Source: an uncultured virus (IMG/VR IMGVR_UViG_3300022700_000241) (lineage: Duplodnaviria; Heunggongvirae; Uroviricota; Caudoviricetes). From it: DNA of 20,000 nt. The notes under the pieces are model-generated. The model worked only from the letters and a program-made list of their open reading frames with translations, ran no database searches and was not told the origin of the DNA. How positions within the stretch are numbered: the first letter of the stretch is position 1; each line of letters begins with the position of its first letter. The stretch lies in the IMG/VR virus record IMGVR_UViG_3300022700_000241; one strand, 5' to 3'. Below are positions 8,058-15,904 of the stretch, in pieces. The position numbers and the translations under genes are program-made.

Positions 8058-8534
8058 TCAATCGTCGTCCCCGTCCATTTGGACGTGGTAGGTCCTCGCA
8101 AGGTCGAGGTGCTTTTCTGCCTCGTCGAGGTCCGCGCGAAGATCCTCCCAGAGCCTCTTTAGGTGGATCCGATCTCCAGCGTCAATCGATTCCGGAGCGC
8201 TTCCGCGGGCCATACGGAACGCCCGTCGAAGCGAGCGGCGCATGTCCTCCAGGAGCTTCTCGTCGTCGGCCCGCCCGATGTACTCGGCCACCATCGCGGG
8301 CTTGCTGTAGGCTTGCCCCTCGAAGTGCTCCTCGCACAGGTCGAGAAGGTGACCTGCTCCTTCGATCTCTACGGCAAGCTCCTTCATCTCCTCAACGGGA
8401 TGCCCGTTGACGGGGCGGTATTTTTCAAGCTCCTCGGGGGTCATGACGCGCCCGCCGTCGTTGCCGTTGTCCCAGAAGTTCGGGACGAAGATTACCGCAG
8501 ATTGCTCTTGGGTCGGCTCTTCTTGCGTACTCAT
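8058..8534 (-). CDS. Hypothetical acidic protein (158 aa)
   Basis: ORF track; preceded by a degenerate leader (GCATCACCCCAAAACCAAAACCCC). Confidence 0.7.
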   Translation of the reverse strand: MSTQEEPTQEQSAVIFVPNFWDNGNDGGRVMTPEELEKYRPVNGHPVEEMKELAVEIEGAGHLLDLCEEHFEGQAYSKPAMVAEYIGRADDEKLLEDMRRSLRRAFRMARGSAPESIDAGDRIHLKRLWEDLRADLDEAEKHLDLARTYHVQMDGDDD

Positions 8535-8585
8535 GTCGAATTGGGGTTTTGGTTTTGGGGTGATGCGTAGTGTGCCCTCTCGGGG

Positions 8586-9374
8586 TTATCGCCAATCGGA
8601 AACCTCCGACGGTACGAGTTCAACGTCGAAGTCGATGGCCAGGGCCAGGACCGACGCAAACTCGCAGGGATTCGGGGACGGGACTGGACTCTCTCGCCGG
8701 TGTTCGGCCCAGACCGACCGGATCTTCTCCTGTAGCTCCAGCTTCGAGTCGGAGAGGTACATGATGCCCCCGTGGCGCCATCCCCAGTCCGCGTCGGGAA
8801 TATAATCGCCGTGCTGCATAGGCGGGGCCTCGAAAAACGATTCTCCGCCGCCCATCGAGCACCACTCGCCGAGTCGCCCGGCCCACTCTACGCTTTGACC
8901 ATCCAACTCCAGGATTCCCTTCGAGGCGAGAGACCGGATTTCCTCCTCGTAGTTCTCGTTGAAATACGGGGCCTCGTGAACGCCGTCCACGGGGCCAATC
9001 GTCCGAGAGAGGTTCGCCGCGAGATATTCCGCCTCGCGTGTCGTGAAATTCTCACCGGTTGACTGCGCGTCGGCAAGGCGGAGGAGCGACTGTTCGCTCT
9101 GCGGGTCGAATAGTGCCCACTGGTCGCGGAGGTTCTCCCGCGCGTCTACCTGGAGCCCATCGGCAAAGTGTCCGAGCGTGCGCCGAACTTCCTCCGGGGT
9201 GGCCTCAATGTCGAACTCCTGGAAAAAGGCAAGCTGCACGTCGGCGGTCGTAAACCAGCCGTGGACGATCTCGTCGGGCTCCCCCTCAATGAGACCGATG
9301 AAGGCCTCCATGAGTCGGGCGTCGCGGTCCGAGTCGAGATCAAGCGTGTCTGGGTTTTCTGTTTGGGTAGCCAT
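8586..9374 (-). CDS. Hypothetical acidic protein
   Basis: ORF 8586..9470; probable ATG at 9374 (MATQTENPD), downstream of module G. Confidence 0.75.
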   Translation of the reverse strand: MATQTENPDTLDLDSDRDARLMEAFIGLIEGEPDEIVHGWFTTADVQLAFFQEFDIEATPEEVRRTLGHFADGLQVDARENLRDQWALFDPQSEQSLLRLADAQSTGENFTTREAEYLAANLSRTIGPVDGVHEAPYFNENYEEEIRSLASKGILELDGQSVEWAGRLGEWCSMGGGESFFEAPPMQHGDYIPDADWGWRHGGIMYLSDSKLELQEKIRSVWAEHRRESPVPSPNPCEFASVLALAIDFDVELVPSEVSDWR

Positions 9375-9380
9375 GTCAAG

Positions 9381-9440
9381 CGTGGTTTTTGTTTGATTGT
9401 GATGCATGTATTGTACGCGCTTTAATTCGAGTTGGTTCCC
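9381..9440 (-). promoter_or_regulatory. Repeated promoter/leader module G
   Basis: GGAACC (9439-9434), 18-nt spacer with TTAAAG, TACAAT (9415-9410), ACATGCATC, AAACAAAAACCACG. Confidence 0.75.
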
Positions 9441-9456
9441 AGTGGCTACACAAACA

Positions 9457-9503
9457 CAAAACCCCCGCAATCGGGGCGGCTACCCGAGTGCGGGGGCGTT
9501 TTG
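9457..9503. terminator. Intrinsic terminator, possibly bidirectional
   Basis: CAAAACCCCCGCA...TGCGGGGGCGTTTTG hairpin with short T tracts on both strands, just after the stop at 9524. Confidence 0.65.
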
Positions 9504-9523
9504 ATACCGGCGTTTTGCGTCGC

Positions 9524-10759
9524 TTACCACTGCTCGGAAATCGCCGGGAGAAACTCCCCGTCCCCGGCCACCGGAGATCGAACCCACATCACGTACACGT
9601 CTCGGTCGTAAATCAGTGCTTTGGCCTCTGCGTCGACGCTCTGGATCGTCGTGTTGAAGAATCCACCAGATGCCGAGTAGGCCGCGTACTCTGCCTGCCA
9701 ACCTCCGGCTTTCGTCGCCTGCGCAACAGGCGTTCCACTTGAGTTTGGCGCCTCCGCAGGAACGACCGTTTGAATCGCCGATGTGAGACTATCTCGGTAG
9801 TTGTCGTACCCCCAATCTCCGTCTGGTATCGGGTCTCCGTTGCCGTCCAGAACCTTCGACCGGTCGTGGCCACGAATCATGATCTCACAGGTCCCGTCGC
9901 CGTCGAAGCTAAGGATCTTCGAGTCCCGAAACATCGCGCTCACCGGCGCGCGGGCCGGGTCAACGCGGAAGGCATAAAGCGGCTCCCAGTCACCAGATCC
10001 CCCATAAGAAAATTCGACGAGCCCACCCTTTTGTCGTTCTCGCTCGGTGACGTTGCCCGCGACGGCACAGCCGAAAGACCCTGCGTTAAGCTCAAGGCCG
10101 GTCGTCGAACCGCTCGCCTCAATTTCCATCCGTAGCGGAAGATTGCCGGTCACCGGGCCACGGCCACCGTCATCAATCGACGTGGTTGTTACCGAGTCAT
10201 TGAGTTGCGTGAAGTTCGCGGTGTACGTTTGATACCATTCTTGTGCCCCGACATTGTACCAGTTCGTCGTAAGTGCCCACCGCTGGAAGTTGGTCAGTGC
10301 CTTGTAGAACTCGATGTCCTCCCTTCGGAGCACCTCCGACCCCTCACGGAGGATCACAAAGTCGGCGAGCAGTTGCCCATGATCCCCAGTTCGCTCAAAG
10401 TAATAGCCGTTCAAGTCCGTCCAGGCGCCAAAACGTGCGGCATCTCCCGGCTGGAGCGGCTGGTTTAGGCCAAAGGCGTGGCTGTACTCAAGCTCGAACT
10501 GGACCGTGTACCTGGGCTTCTCCGCGGTCTCGATGGTGACAGTTTCCCCGGCGTTCGGCATAAGCCGATGAACGTCCTTAGCGTGCTCGTACTGATCCGG
10601 ATCGTTGTACTGGAGAAGCTGCCGGGTCCCGTCGACAAAAACGCGGAAGCGTTCGGGGTTGGCCTCGTAGTGGGACGGCTGCGTGAGAAGTGGCGTCGGT
10701 ATTTGGGCGCGCAAATCACCGAAAGCGTCTTCTCGCCCCTTAGAGGGTTGGTAGGTCAT
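9524..10759 (-). CDS. Putative virion structural / tail-associated beta-rich protein (411 aa)
   Basis: ORF track. The N-terminal 'DAFGDLRAQIPTPLL' resembles the 'DAFGRLRVS.P.TLF' motif I recall from phage structural proteins; Gly/Thr/aromatic-rich composition. Confidence 0.5.
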   Translation of the reverse strand: MTYQPSKGREDAFGDLRAQIPTPLLTQPSHYEANPERFRVFVDGTRQLLQYNDPDQYEHAKDVHRLMPNAGETVTIETAEKPRYTVQFELEYSHAFGLNQPLQPGDAARFGAWTDLNGYYFERTGDHGQLLADFVILREGSEVLRREDIEFYKALTNFQRWALTTNWYNVGAQEWYQTYTANFTQLNDSVTTTSIDDGGRGPVTGNLPLRMEIEASGSTTGLELNAGSFGCAVAGNVTERERQKGGLVEFSYGGSGDWEPLYAFRVDPARAPVSAMFRDSKILSFDGDGTCEIMIRGHDRSKVLDGNGDPIPDGDWGYDNYRDSLTSAIQTVVPAEAPNSSGTPVAQATKAGGWQAEYAAYSASGGFFNTTIQSVDAEAKALIYDRDVYVMWVRSPVAGDGEFLPAISEQW

Positions 10760-10768
10760 GGGTAGTGG

Positions 10769-11515
10769 CTATAGGATGAGCCAGTCGTTACGGGAGGAGT
10801 CAAACGTAAAGTCCAGCGACGCGCGGTCGTCGAGGGAGACAGCAGTGTCCCCGGCGACTGCGGCGCTTGACTCGGTTTCCACCATCACGTCGAAGCGCCC
10901 GACGCGCTTTACAGTCAGTTCGAGACCGCCCCGCTCGTCTGCTGCCGCAAGGGTGAAAGTAACCGGCTGGGTTGAGGTGTCGATGAGATAGGTGCCCGGC
11001 CCCTGGCTTGTCGCGTCGGAAGAAATTCGGAATTGACGCTTGGAGGGAGGAGTGATAATCTCCGTAGAGGCGTGGCCACTTACCGCTGCGGGGTCGTAGC
11101 TTACCGATGACGGGACGAGCACTACGCCGCCGCCCCGCGCGTCGACGTACGCAGAGGCGGCAGAGATTGTCGCCTCGGTGGAGTCGTAGTCTGCTCGGTC
11201 GAAGGGGCGTGAAATTCCGGCGGTCGGGTGCCCGACGATAAACCCCTCGTCAAGGGGGCAGACAGACCTCAAAAGCGCCCATGCGCCTTCGTTCGCCTCG
11301 CCCTTTCTGTACCCCTGCACGACCGAGGCAACGATGTGTCCCTTGTCCGGGCTCGGAGCCGAAAGCTCCGGGTCCCACTGGAAAACCGCCCCGCGCCCAT
11401 AAACTGCGTTGTCGTAGTTTTCAACGCGAACGGTCCGGTAGGGACTCGGCGGCCTCTTCTTCATCTGGTGGACTTCTTTCACCCGATCATCGGCGTCTAA
11501 AATCTCGCGGGGCAT
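10769..11515 (-). CDS. Tail-fibre/tailspike-like modular protein (248 aa)
   Basis: 'DSTEATISAASAYVDARGGGVVLVP' resembles the N-cap of pectate-lyase-3 beta-helix tailspikes. The C-terminal 'LIDTSTQPVTFTLAAA...LTVKRVG..DVMV...LDFTFDSSRNDWLIL' resembles a common tail-fibre module. Confidence 0.5.
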   Translation of the reverse strand: MPREILDADDRVKEVHQMKKRPPSPYRTVRVENYDNAVYGRGAVFQWDPELSAPSPDKGHIVASVVQGYRKGEANEGAWALLRSVCPLDEGFIVGHPTAGISRPFDRADYDSTEATISAASAYVDARGGGVVLVPSSVSYDPAAVSGHASTEIITPPSKRQFRISSDATSQGPGTYLIDTSTQPVTFTLAAADERGGLELTVKRVGRFDVMVETESSAAVAGDTAVSLDDRASLDFTFDSSRNDWLIL

Positions 11516-11568
11516 AAGAAAAAGGGCCGGTTCACGGAGAGGACTGGATACCTCAACGTGACCGGCCC
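11516..11568 (-). terminator. Intrinsic terminator abutting the next start codon
   Basis: Minus-strand stem GGGCCGGTCACG/CGTGAACCGGCCC, then TTTTTCTT, immediately followed by the ATG at 11515. Confidence 0.7.
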
Positions 11569-11598
11569 GATGCTGATTCGATTGTTACAGAGACTCCG

Positions 11599-12372
11599 TT
11601 AGACGCCCTCTGGGAGGGACCCCTTGTAGTATTCTGCAAGGCAGAGGTCCCCATCCTCCATCACAGCGTAATACAGATCGGCCCCGTCCCACTCGTCTCC
11701 GTACTCGGCCTCGTGGTGCTTCATCACGAACTCGAAAATCGTCCCCAGCTTGTGCCCGCGACGGTCGGGGCGAAAGTCCGTAAATCCGCTGGTCTCACGT
11801 GCCCACTCGGCGGCATTTGTGGATTCGTAGGGCAGAAAGCCGGGCCGAGAGGCGTAGCGCTCCTCAATCCAGTGTGCAAAGTCCGAGTAGTGGCGGGGCG
11901 GGGTGCCCTCGTGTAGGTCCGAGAGGCGAGCACCGGCCTCTCCGTTCCCGAACAGGTAGCACTGAATCGCCGCTGCGAGATCGAAGTCAACCCGAACCCG
12001 GGCGTAGATCCCGTCTCGGTGTTTGCCCCCGAGTCCCTGGTAGGAGAGCTTCTTTCGGAGGTTCAGGTCCCCCTTGAAGCTGTGGCTCAATGCCGACTCG
12101 ATACGGTCGCACGAGATGTCCAGTACCGCGCGGGCAACCGCGTCGTTGAAAAGCCCGAAGTCAAAGAGCGCGGGGTCTACGTTCTCTTCTCCGTACTCCT
12201 CTTCGAGCCGGACGGTCGGCTCCTCGAAAAACCCCATCACATCCTCGTAGCCGGGGATCCAGGTGTCAGTGCAGTGGGACCGAAAATCCGCGAGCCCCAC
12301 GTTGATTTCGGTGAGAGAAGGGACTTCTACGGTTGCAGACATCGGTTTCGTTGTAATTGCTGGGAGTGTCAT
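11599..12372 (-). CDS. Hypothetical phage protein
   Basis: 3' part of ORF 11599..12633; start at ATG 12372 or 12342. Contains 'WIEERYASRPGFLPY.S...W...KLGTIFEF'. Confidence 0.7.
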   Translation of the reverse strand: MTLPAITTKPMSATVEVPSLTEINVGLADFRSHCTDTWIPGYEDVMGFFEEPTVRLEEEYGEENVDPALFDFGLFNDAVARAVLDISCDRIESALSHSFKGDLNLRKKLSYQGLGGKHRDGIYARVRVDFDLAAAIQCYLFGNGEAGARLSDLHEGTPPRHYSDFAHWIEERYASRPGFLPYESTNAAEWARETSGFTDFRPDRRGHKLGTIFEFVMKHHEAEYGDEWDGADLYYAVMEDGDLCLAEYYKGSLPEGV

Positions 12373-12398
12373 CGGCGGTGTAGGAATGAAGTGATCGC

Positions 12399-13076
12399 TT
12401 AATTTTGAGGGTGCGGGAGCCCGAAATTCTGGGCGCAGATCGGGCCGTACCCGACGCTCACCGACCCTTCCTCGGTGAGTTTGGTGTTGCAGAAGCAGCA
12501 CGCGCCGGTCGCCTGCCCTTCCTCTCGGGCTACGCGGTCGGGGTCGTGGGCAAAGTCTTCGAGAACGCCCCCGATCCAGTCCGGAGCGGCCTCCCGGGCA
12601 TGAAAGGTCCCGTCGCGGCGAATCCGCCCCCAAAAGTCCTCTCCCTCCGAGTCAGTCACCGCCACCGAGCCGGGACGCGAGCTTTTCTGCCCGGCACGGT
12701 ACATCCGGACGCCCGGGTCCGGAGCATTGGCCTTGATCGTGATTGAGGGGTACTTGAGCCCGTTTTCGTGGGCCGCGTCGAAGTGACCGACAATCGAGGA
12801 GAGACCGCCGATTACCTCATCCTCGTCCGGGCCGTCCTCCCAGTTTCCCTCCGCCTGGAGCGCCCCCTTGTGGAGGTAGGGAAGCTGTCGGTCGGTAAGG
12901 GACCCCTCGTCCTTGTACTCCTCGGCCAGCTTGACGAAAAACGAGTCGACGGTCGAGCGGGCGCCAAGCACGAGATCGGCGGCCTCATCGTCTGTGTGCG
13001 GGGTTTCAAACTCTTCCCCGCGCGTTGTAACCATCTCACGGGTCGTTTCGAGTAGCGTGTCCATCACGTCTGGCAT
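12399..13076 (-). CDS. DUF6011-like zinc-ribbon protein (225 aa)
   Basis: C-terminal GACCFCNTKLTEEGSVSVGYGPICAQNFGL matches the DUF6011 pattern C..C.R.LT...S...G.GP.CA; downstream of module H. Confidence 0.75.
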   Translation of the reverse strand: MPDVMDTLLETTREMVTTRGEEFETPHTDDEAADLVLGARSTVDSFFVKLAEEYKDEGSLTDRQLPYLHKGALQAEGNWEDGPDEDEVIGGLSSIVGHFDAAHENGLKYPSITIKANAPDPGVRMYRAGQKSSRPGSVAVTDSEGEDFWGRIRRDGTFHAREAAPDWIGGVLEDFAHDPDRVAREEGQATGACCFCNTKLTEEGSVSVGYGPICAQNFGLPHPQN

Positions 13077-13087
13077 GGCAACCTCTC

Positions 13088-13142
13088 TGGTTGTTTGTTG
13101 GTATGATGCGTTATTATAACAGCTTTAATAGGCTCTTGTTCC
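13088..13142 (-). promoter_or_regulatory. Repeated promoter/leader module H (first promoter of the leftward arm; no upstream terminator)
   Basis: GGAACA (13142-13137), 18-nt spacer with TTAAAG, TATAAT (13118-13113), AACGCATC, ACCAACAAACAACC. Confidence 0.75.
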
Positions 13143-13159
13143 ATCGAAAATGGACCCCC

Positions 13160-13188
13160 TTGAAACACGGGTGGTTAAAGGCTATTTT
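13160..13188 (+). promoter_or_regulatory. Possible sigma70-type rightward promoter, divergent from module H
   Basis: TTGAAA (13160-13165), 17 nt, TATTTT (13183-13188); the spacer also contains TTAAAG. Confidence 0.4.
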
Positions 13189-13235
13189 GGACACTTGAGC
13201 CGCGCCGCTTTTCTTTGACGGACCAACCGGGCCGG

Positions 13236-13424
13236 ATGGACGAAAAGATCGTATTCCGCGCCCCAAATGAGGTCAAGAAACGAGCCGAGGCGCTCGCGAA
13301 GATTCGGACCCGCGTAGAGGGCGAAGAAGTAAGCGCTTCGGACATCTACCGCCGCGCGGTGAAGCTCTACCTGCGGCACATGGAGGACAGCGGCAACGCC
13401 CCCACCTTCGTTTTTGACGAATAG
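13236..13424 (+). CDS. Ribbon-helix-helix (CopG/Arc-like) DNA-binding protein
   Basis: MDEKIVFRAPNEVKKRAEALAK...VSASDIYRRAVKLYL: alternating beta strand (KIVFRA), a helix, then an S.SD..R.A...YL second helix. Confidence 0.7.
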   Translation: MDEKIVFRAPNEVKKRAEALAKIRTRVEGEEVSASDIYRRAVKLYLRHMEDSGNAPTFVFDE

Positions 13425-13437
13425 CAAATGAGCCATC

Positions 13438-13914
13438 ATGGGATCTCCCCAAAACCCAAACGGCAACCCCCAGCAGCAAGCGCAAGGCCAACCCCAGCGG
13501 CAAATCTCGCCCGTCCAGGTGCTTTCCGCCATCGAAGAGGAGGCGACGACCGGCTGGTGCATTCTCACCTCAATGGTGCTTCTCCGCGTCCAGCTTGACC
13601 GGCAGGGTGCCTCGAAAGAGGACCGGAAGGCGCTTCTGGACTTCTGGCAAGAATCCTACGTCGACACAAACGTCCAGCGCTGGAAGGACCAACTCAACAA
13701 CACGCAAAACCGGATGGCGGCAATGCAGCAGGGGTCGACTCTGGAAAACCTGCTCAACCGCCTCGACCGGATTCCCAGCGAGCTTCGCCAAAAGTTTGGC
13801 ACGTTCATTTTGAACGGCGCGAACCACCCGGTCGACTCGATCAAGGAGGCCGTGGATCAGTTCCGCGCGCTTCAAAATGCGGCCAAACAACAGAACCAGT
13901 CCCAGGAAGGATAG
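13438..13914 (+). CDS. Hypothetical protein (158 aa, Gln-rich termini)
   Basis: ORF track; 13 nt downstream of the RHH gene. Confidence 0.7.
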   Translation: MGSPQNPNGNPQQQAQGQPQRQISPVQVLSAIEEEATTGWCILTSMVLLRVQLDRQGASKEDRKALLDFWQESYVDTNVQRWKDQLNNTQNRMAAMQQGSTLENLLNRLDRIPSELRQKFGTFILNGANHPVDSIKEAVDQFRALQNAAKQQNQSQEG

Positions 13915-13999
13915 CGGGACGAGAAAACCTATCCGCGGGCCAACCGCGTAAGAGGAGGCACGTGCGCACGTCTCATTCCCTCGACTGCCCCACGACCCG

Positions 14000-14758
14000 A
14001 TGGCTACGCCCGACGTACACGCACCCGACGGCGCAAATGCAGGGGCGGCCCTTGGCTCCGATGAGTCGAAGATCGAGGACGCAACGGTAAAGTCCATCGA
14101 GGACAAGAGCGAGCCGAGGGCGAACCCATCCGACGGCGCGCAACCGGCGTGGATGGGCGTAGTCGAAGATTTGCTTCGGGTCGGGGGCAAAGAGCTATTT
14201 GAGGTGACCAAGGACTACGTGCGTGAGGGCAACCTGAACCTCTTCACTCGGAGAAACCCCGAGCCTGACCCCGAAGAGGGCGAGGAGGGAGACCCGAATG
14301 CGCCTCGCATCCCTTCCGGCGACTATTTCAATCCGGAGCCGCGCGGAGGTGCCTCGTCCAAGGCGAATGAGGGAGGCACGTCATCCAGCAACCGAAAGGC
14401 CCCCAGTTCCGGAGGCGGGTCCGCGTCGGAGGACTACGACGGGCCGACGCCGAACCCCGCCCCGATGAAGGGGGACGTATCCCCCGGAGACTTGGCCCGC
14501 GTTGAAGTGGGAAATTCTGTCGTGTGGGTTGAGGTCACCGGAACTGCCGACGGGACCGACGACTATGAGGGGCGACTGGCCGCCCCCGCCCTGGGACTTC
14601 CCGAAGATGCGCCGGTAACATTTGCGAAGCGGCATCTGCTCGGTCGTGTCGGAGAGGCTCCGGAAAACCCGACTCCTGGGACGCCGGAAGGGATAGCAGG
14701 AAAGCGGACGCGGGACAATCCCGCAGGTCAAGATGGACCGCTCCCACCTCGCTTCTAA
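14000..14758 (+). CDS. Hypothetical, largely disordered protein with a possible DUF2314-like C-terminal domain
   Basis: ORF track; Pro/Gly/Ser-rich. 'GDLARVEVGNSVVWVEVTG...YEGRL...VTFAKRHLL' loosely resembles DUF2314/YegJ. Confidence 0.6.
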   Translation: MATPDVHAPDGANAGAALGSDESKIEDATVKSIEDKSEPRANPSDGAQPAWMGVVEDLLRVGGKELFEVTKDYVREGNLNLFTRRNPEPDPEEGEEGDPNAPRIPSGDYFNPEPRGGASSKANEGGTSSSNRKAPSSGGGSASEDYDGPTPNPAPMKGDVSPGDLARVEVGNSVVWVEVTGTADGTDDYEGRLAAPALGLPEDAPVTFAKRHLLGRVGEAPENPTPGTPEGIAGKRTRDNPAGQDGPLPPRF

Positions 14759-14791
14759 CCCTCGTGCCTCTTTCAAATCTTAGCCCCCGAT

Positions 14792-15205
14792 ATGGACCGT
14801 GAAACGAAAGCGCAGCCCGGTCCGGACGTTGCACCTCCCCCATCGCCCGAAGGAAACGGCCACGAAGACGAGGCCAAGGCCGAAAGCGGCGCGATTTGGA
14901 TCGTCAACGACCGGACAAGTGCTGCTGTCCGATCCCGCTTCTACAAAGCGATACTCTTGGGCCTATCCTGCATATTCCAGTTAGTGATTGCCGGAGAGAT
15001 CCTCCAGATGTACGGGCCATTCACGTTTTTGGCCTTCACGCTGGGGATCACGATCTGTGCAGGCATCGCCATGCAGGAGGTTGGTGCGCTCTTGAGCGCC
15101 ATCGACATGGATTTCGGCGTTCTCAAACGCGCGCTTTTTGACCGTGAGTCGCCACGGGAGTCGCCTGGGGACCAATCGGACCTTCCACAAGCGACGAGAG
15201 CATAG
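14792..15205 (+). CDS. Small membrane protein with two predicted TM helices
   Basis: Hydrophobic stretches AILLGLSCIFQLVIAGEIL and FTFLAFTLGITICAGIAM. Confidence 0.7.
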   Translation: MDRETKAQPGPDVAPPPSPEGNGHEDEAKAESGAIWIVNDRTSAAVRSRFYKAILLGLSCIFQLVIAGEILQMYGPFTFLAFTLGITICAGIAMQEVGALLSAIDMDFGVLKRALFDRESPRESPGDQSDLPQATRA

Positions 15206-15208
15206 GCC

Positions 15209-15904
15209 GTGAAAGCTGTTGCGGTAAAGCCGTCTTCGAGCGGGCATTTTCGGTACCGGTTTTCCCCGAGGCTCGCCGAGCAAGTCCTCTGCGGGAACGT
15301 CACCCGCGTGAACGTCCCTCTTCGGTTTGCGGGACCGGTTCGTACCGCGACCGATGATGGGTTCCAAGTCGTAGAACGCCACCTCTACCTCCAGGCGCAA
15401 AGCAAACGCCTCGTGGCCTATTACCCGTCGAGACGCCTTGGGCTCGTGGCCCGCGAACGAGAGTTCTGGGATGGGAAGTCGGTTCCGCAAGCCGAGCCGA
15501 TTCGATTCGTTGCTCCAGGGACCGACCCGAAGGCCAGCCCCTACGTTGCCGAGATGGACCGCCGCTGCCCGTCCGACATGCGGGCGTGGTCTACGCGGCT
15601 TTGGGGGGAGGTGCGTTCTGCCACACGCACAGACGTGCAAAGCCTCACGACGCGCCAGAAGTACGAAAGCGGCGCTCGCCTTTCGGGGCTACGCTTTCAT
15701 CCCGGGCAGACAGAACTTATCGACCGCGCGTTCCGGGGGCTCTGGAACCGGGCGTGGGAGCCGCGAGGGCTAAGCTACGAATCGAACCCTGCCGTCATGA
15801 GTCTCACCGTGGCGCCAAGCGACCGCTCCTACGAAGAGTGCGTCTCCCGCGAGGTGGGAGGACGAAAGGCCGGATCCAACCTCCAGGGCGTGAAGGTCGC
15901 GTAG
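15209..15904 (+). CDS. Hypothetical Arg-rich protein (231 aa)
   Basis: ORF track; GTG start 3 nt after the previous stop; fills the gap up to the convergent HTH gene. Confidence 0.55.
   Translation: MKAVAVKPSSSGHFRYRFSPRLAEQVLCGNVTRVNVPLRFAGPVRTATDDGFQVVERHLYLQAQSKRLVAYYPSRRLGLVAREREFWDGKSVPQAEPIRFVAPGTDPKASPYVAEMDRRCPSDMRAWSTRLWGEVRSATRTDVQSLTTRQKYESGARLSGLRFHPGQTELIDRAFRGLWNRAWEPRGLSYESNPAVMSLTVAPSDRSYEECVSREVGGRKAGSNLQGVKVA

Noticed and set aside
4444..9409. Shared N-terminal peptide MHxxQPKTT on ORFs 3700..4479, 4581..5117 and 8586..9470
   Set aside because: This is a translation of the promoter/leader repeat. In modules A, B and E the same frame reaches a stop before the gene, so the downstream ATGs are the more likely starts.
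33..13119. Many + strand ORFs across the left arm (e.g. 1716..2459, 3637..4284, 7105..7794)
   Set aside because: They are antisense shadows of minus-strand genes in GC-rich DNA, with atypical L/V/R-rich composition and no regulatory signals on that strand.
876..13142. Repeats as a CRISPR array or integron attC sites
   Set aside because: The spacing is 0.6-3.7 kb and contains whole genes. There is no cas or integrase gene in the window and no GTTRRRY/RYYYAAC attC ends. The repeats are explained by terminator, promoter and leader elements.
14792..15205. Holin
   Set aside because: It has two TM segments, but there is no adjacent endolysin or spanin and the context is regulatory/early.
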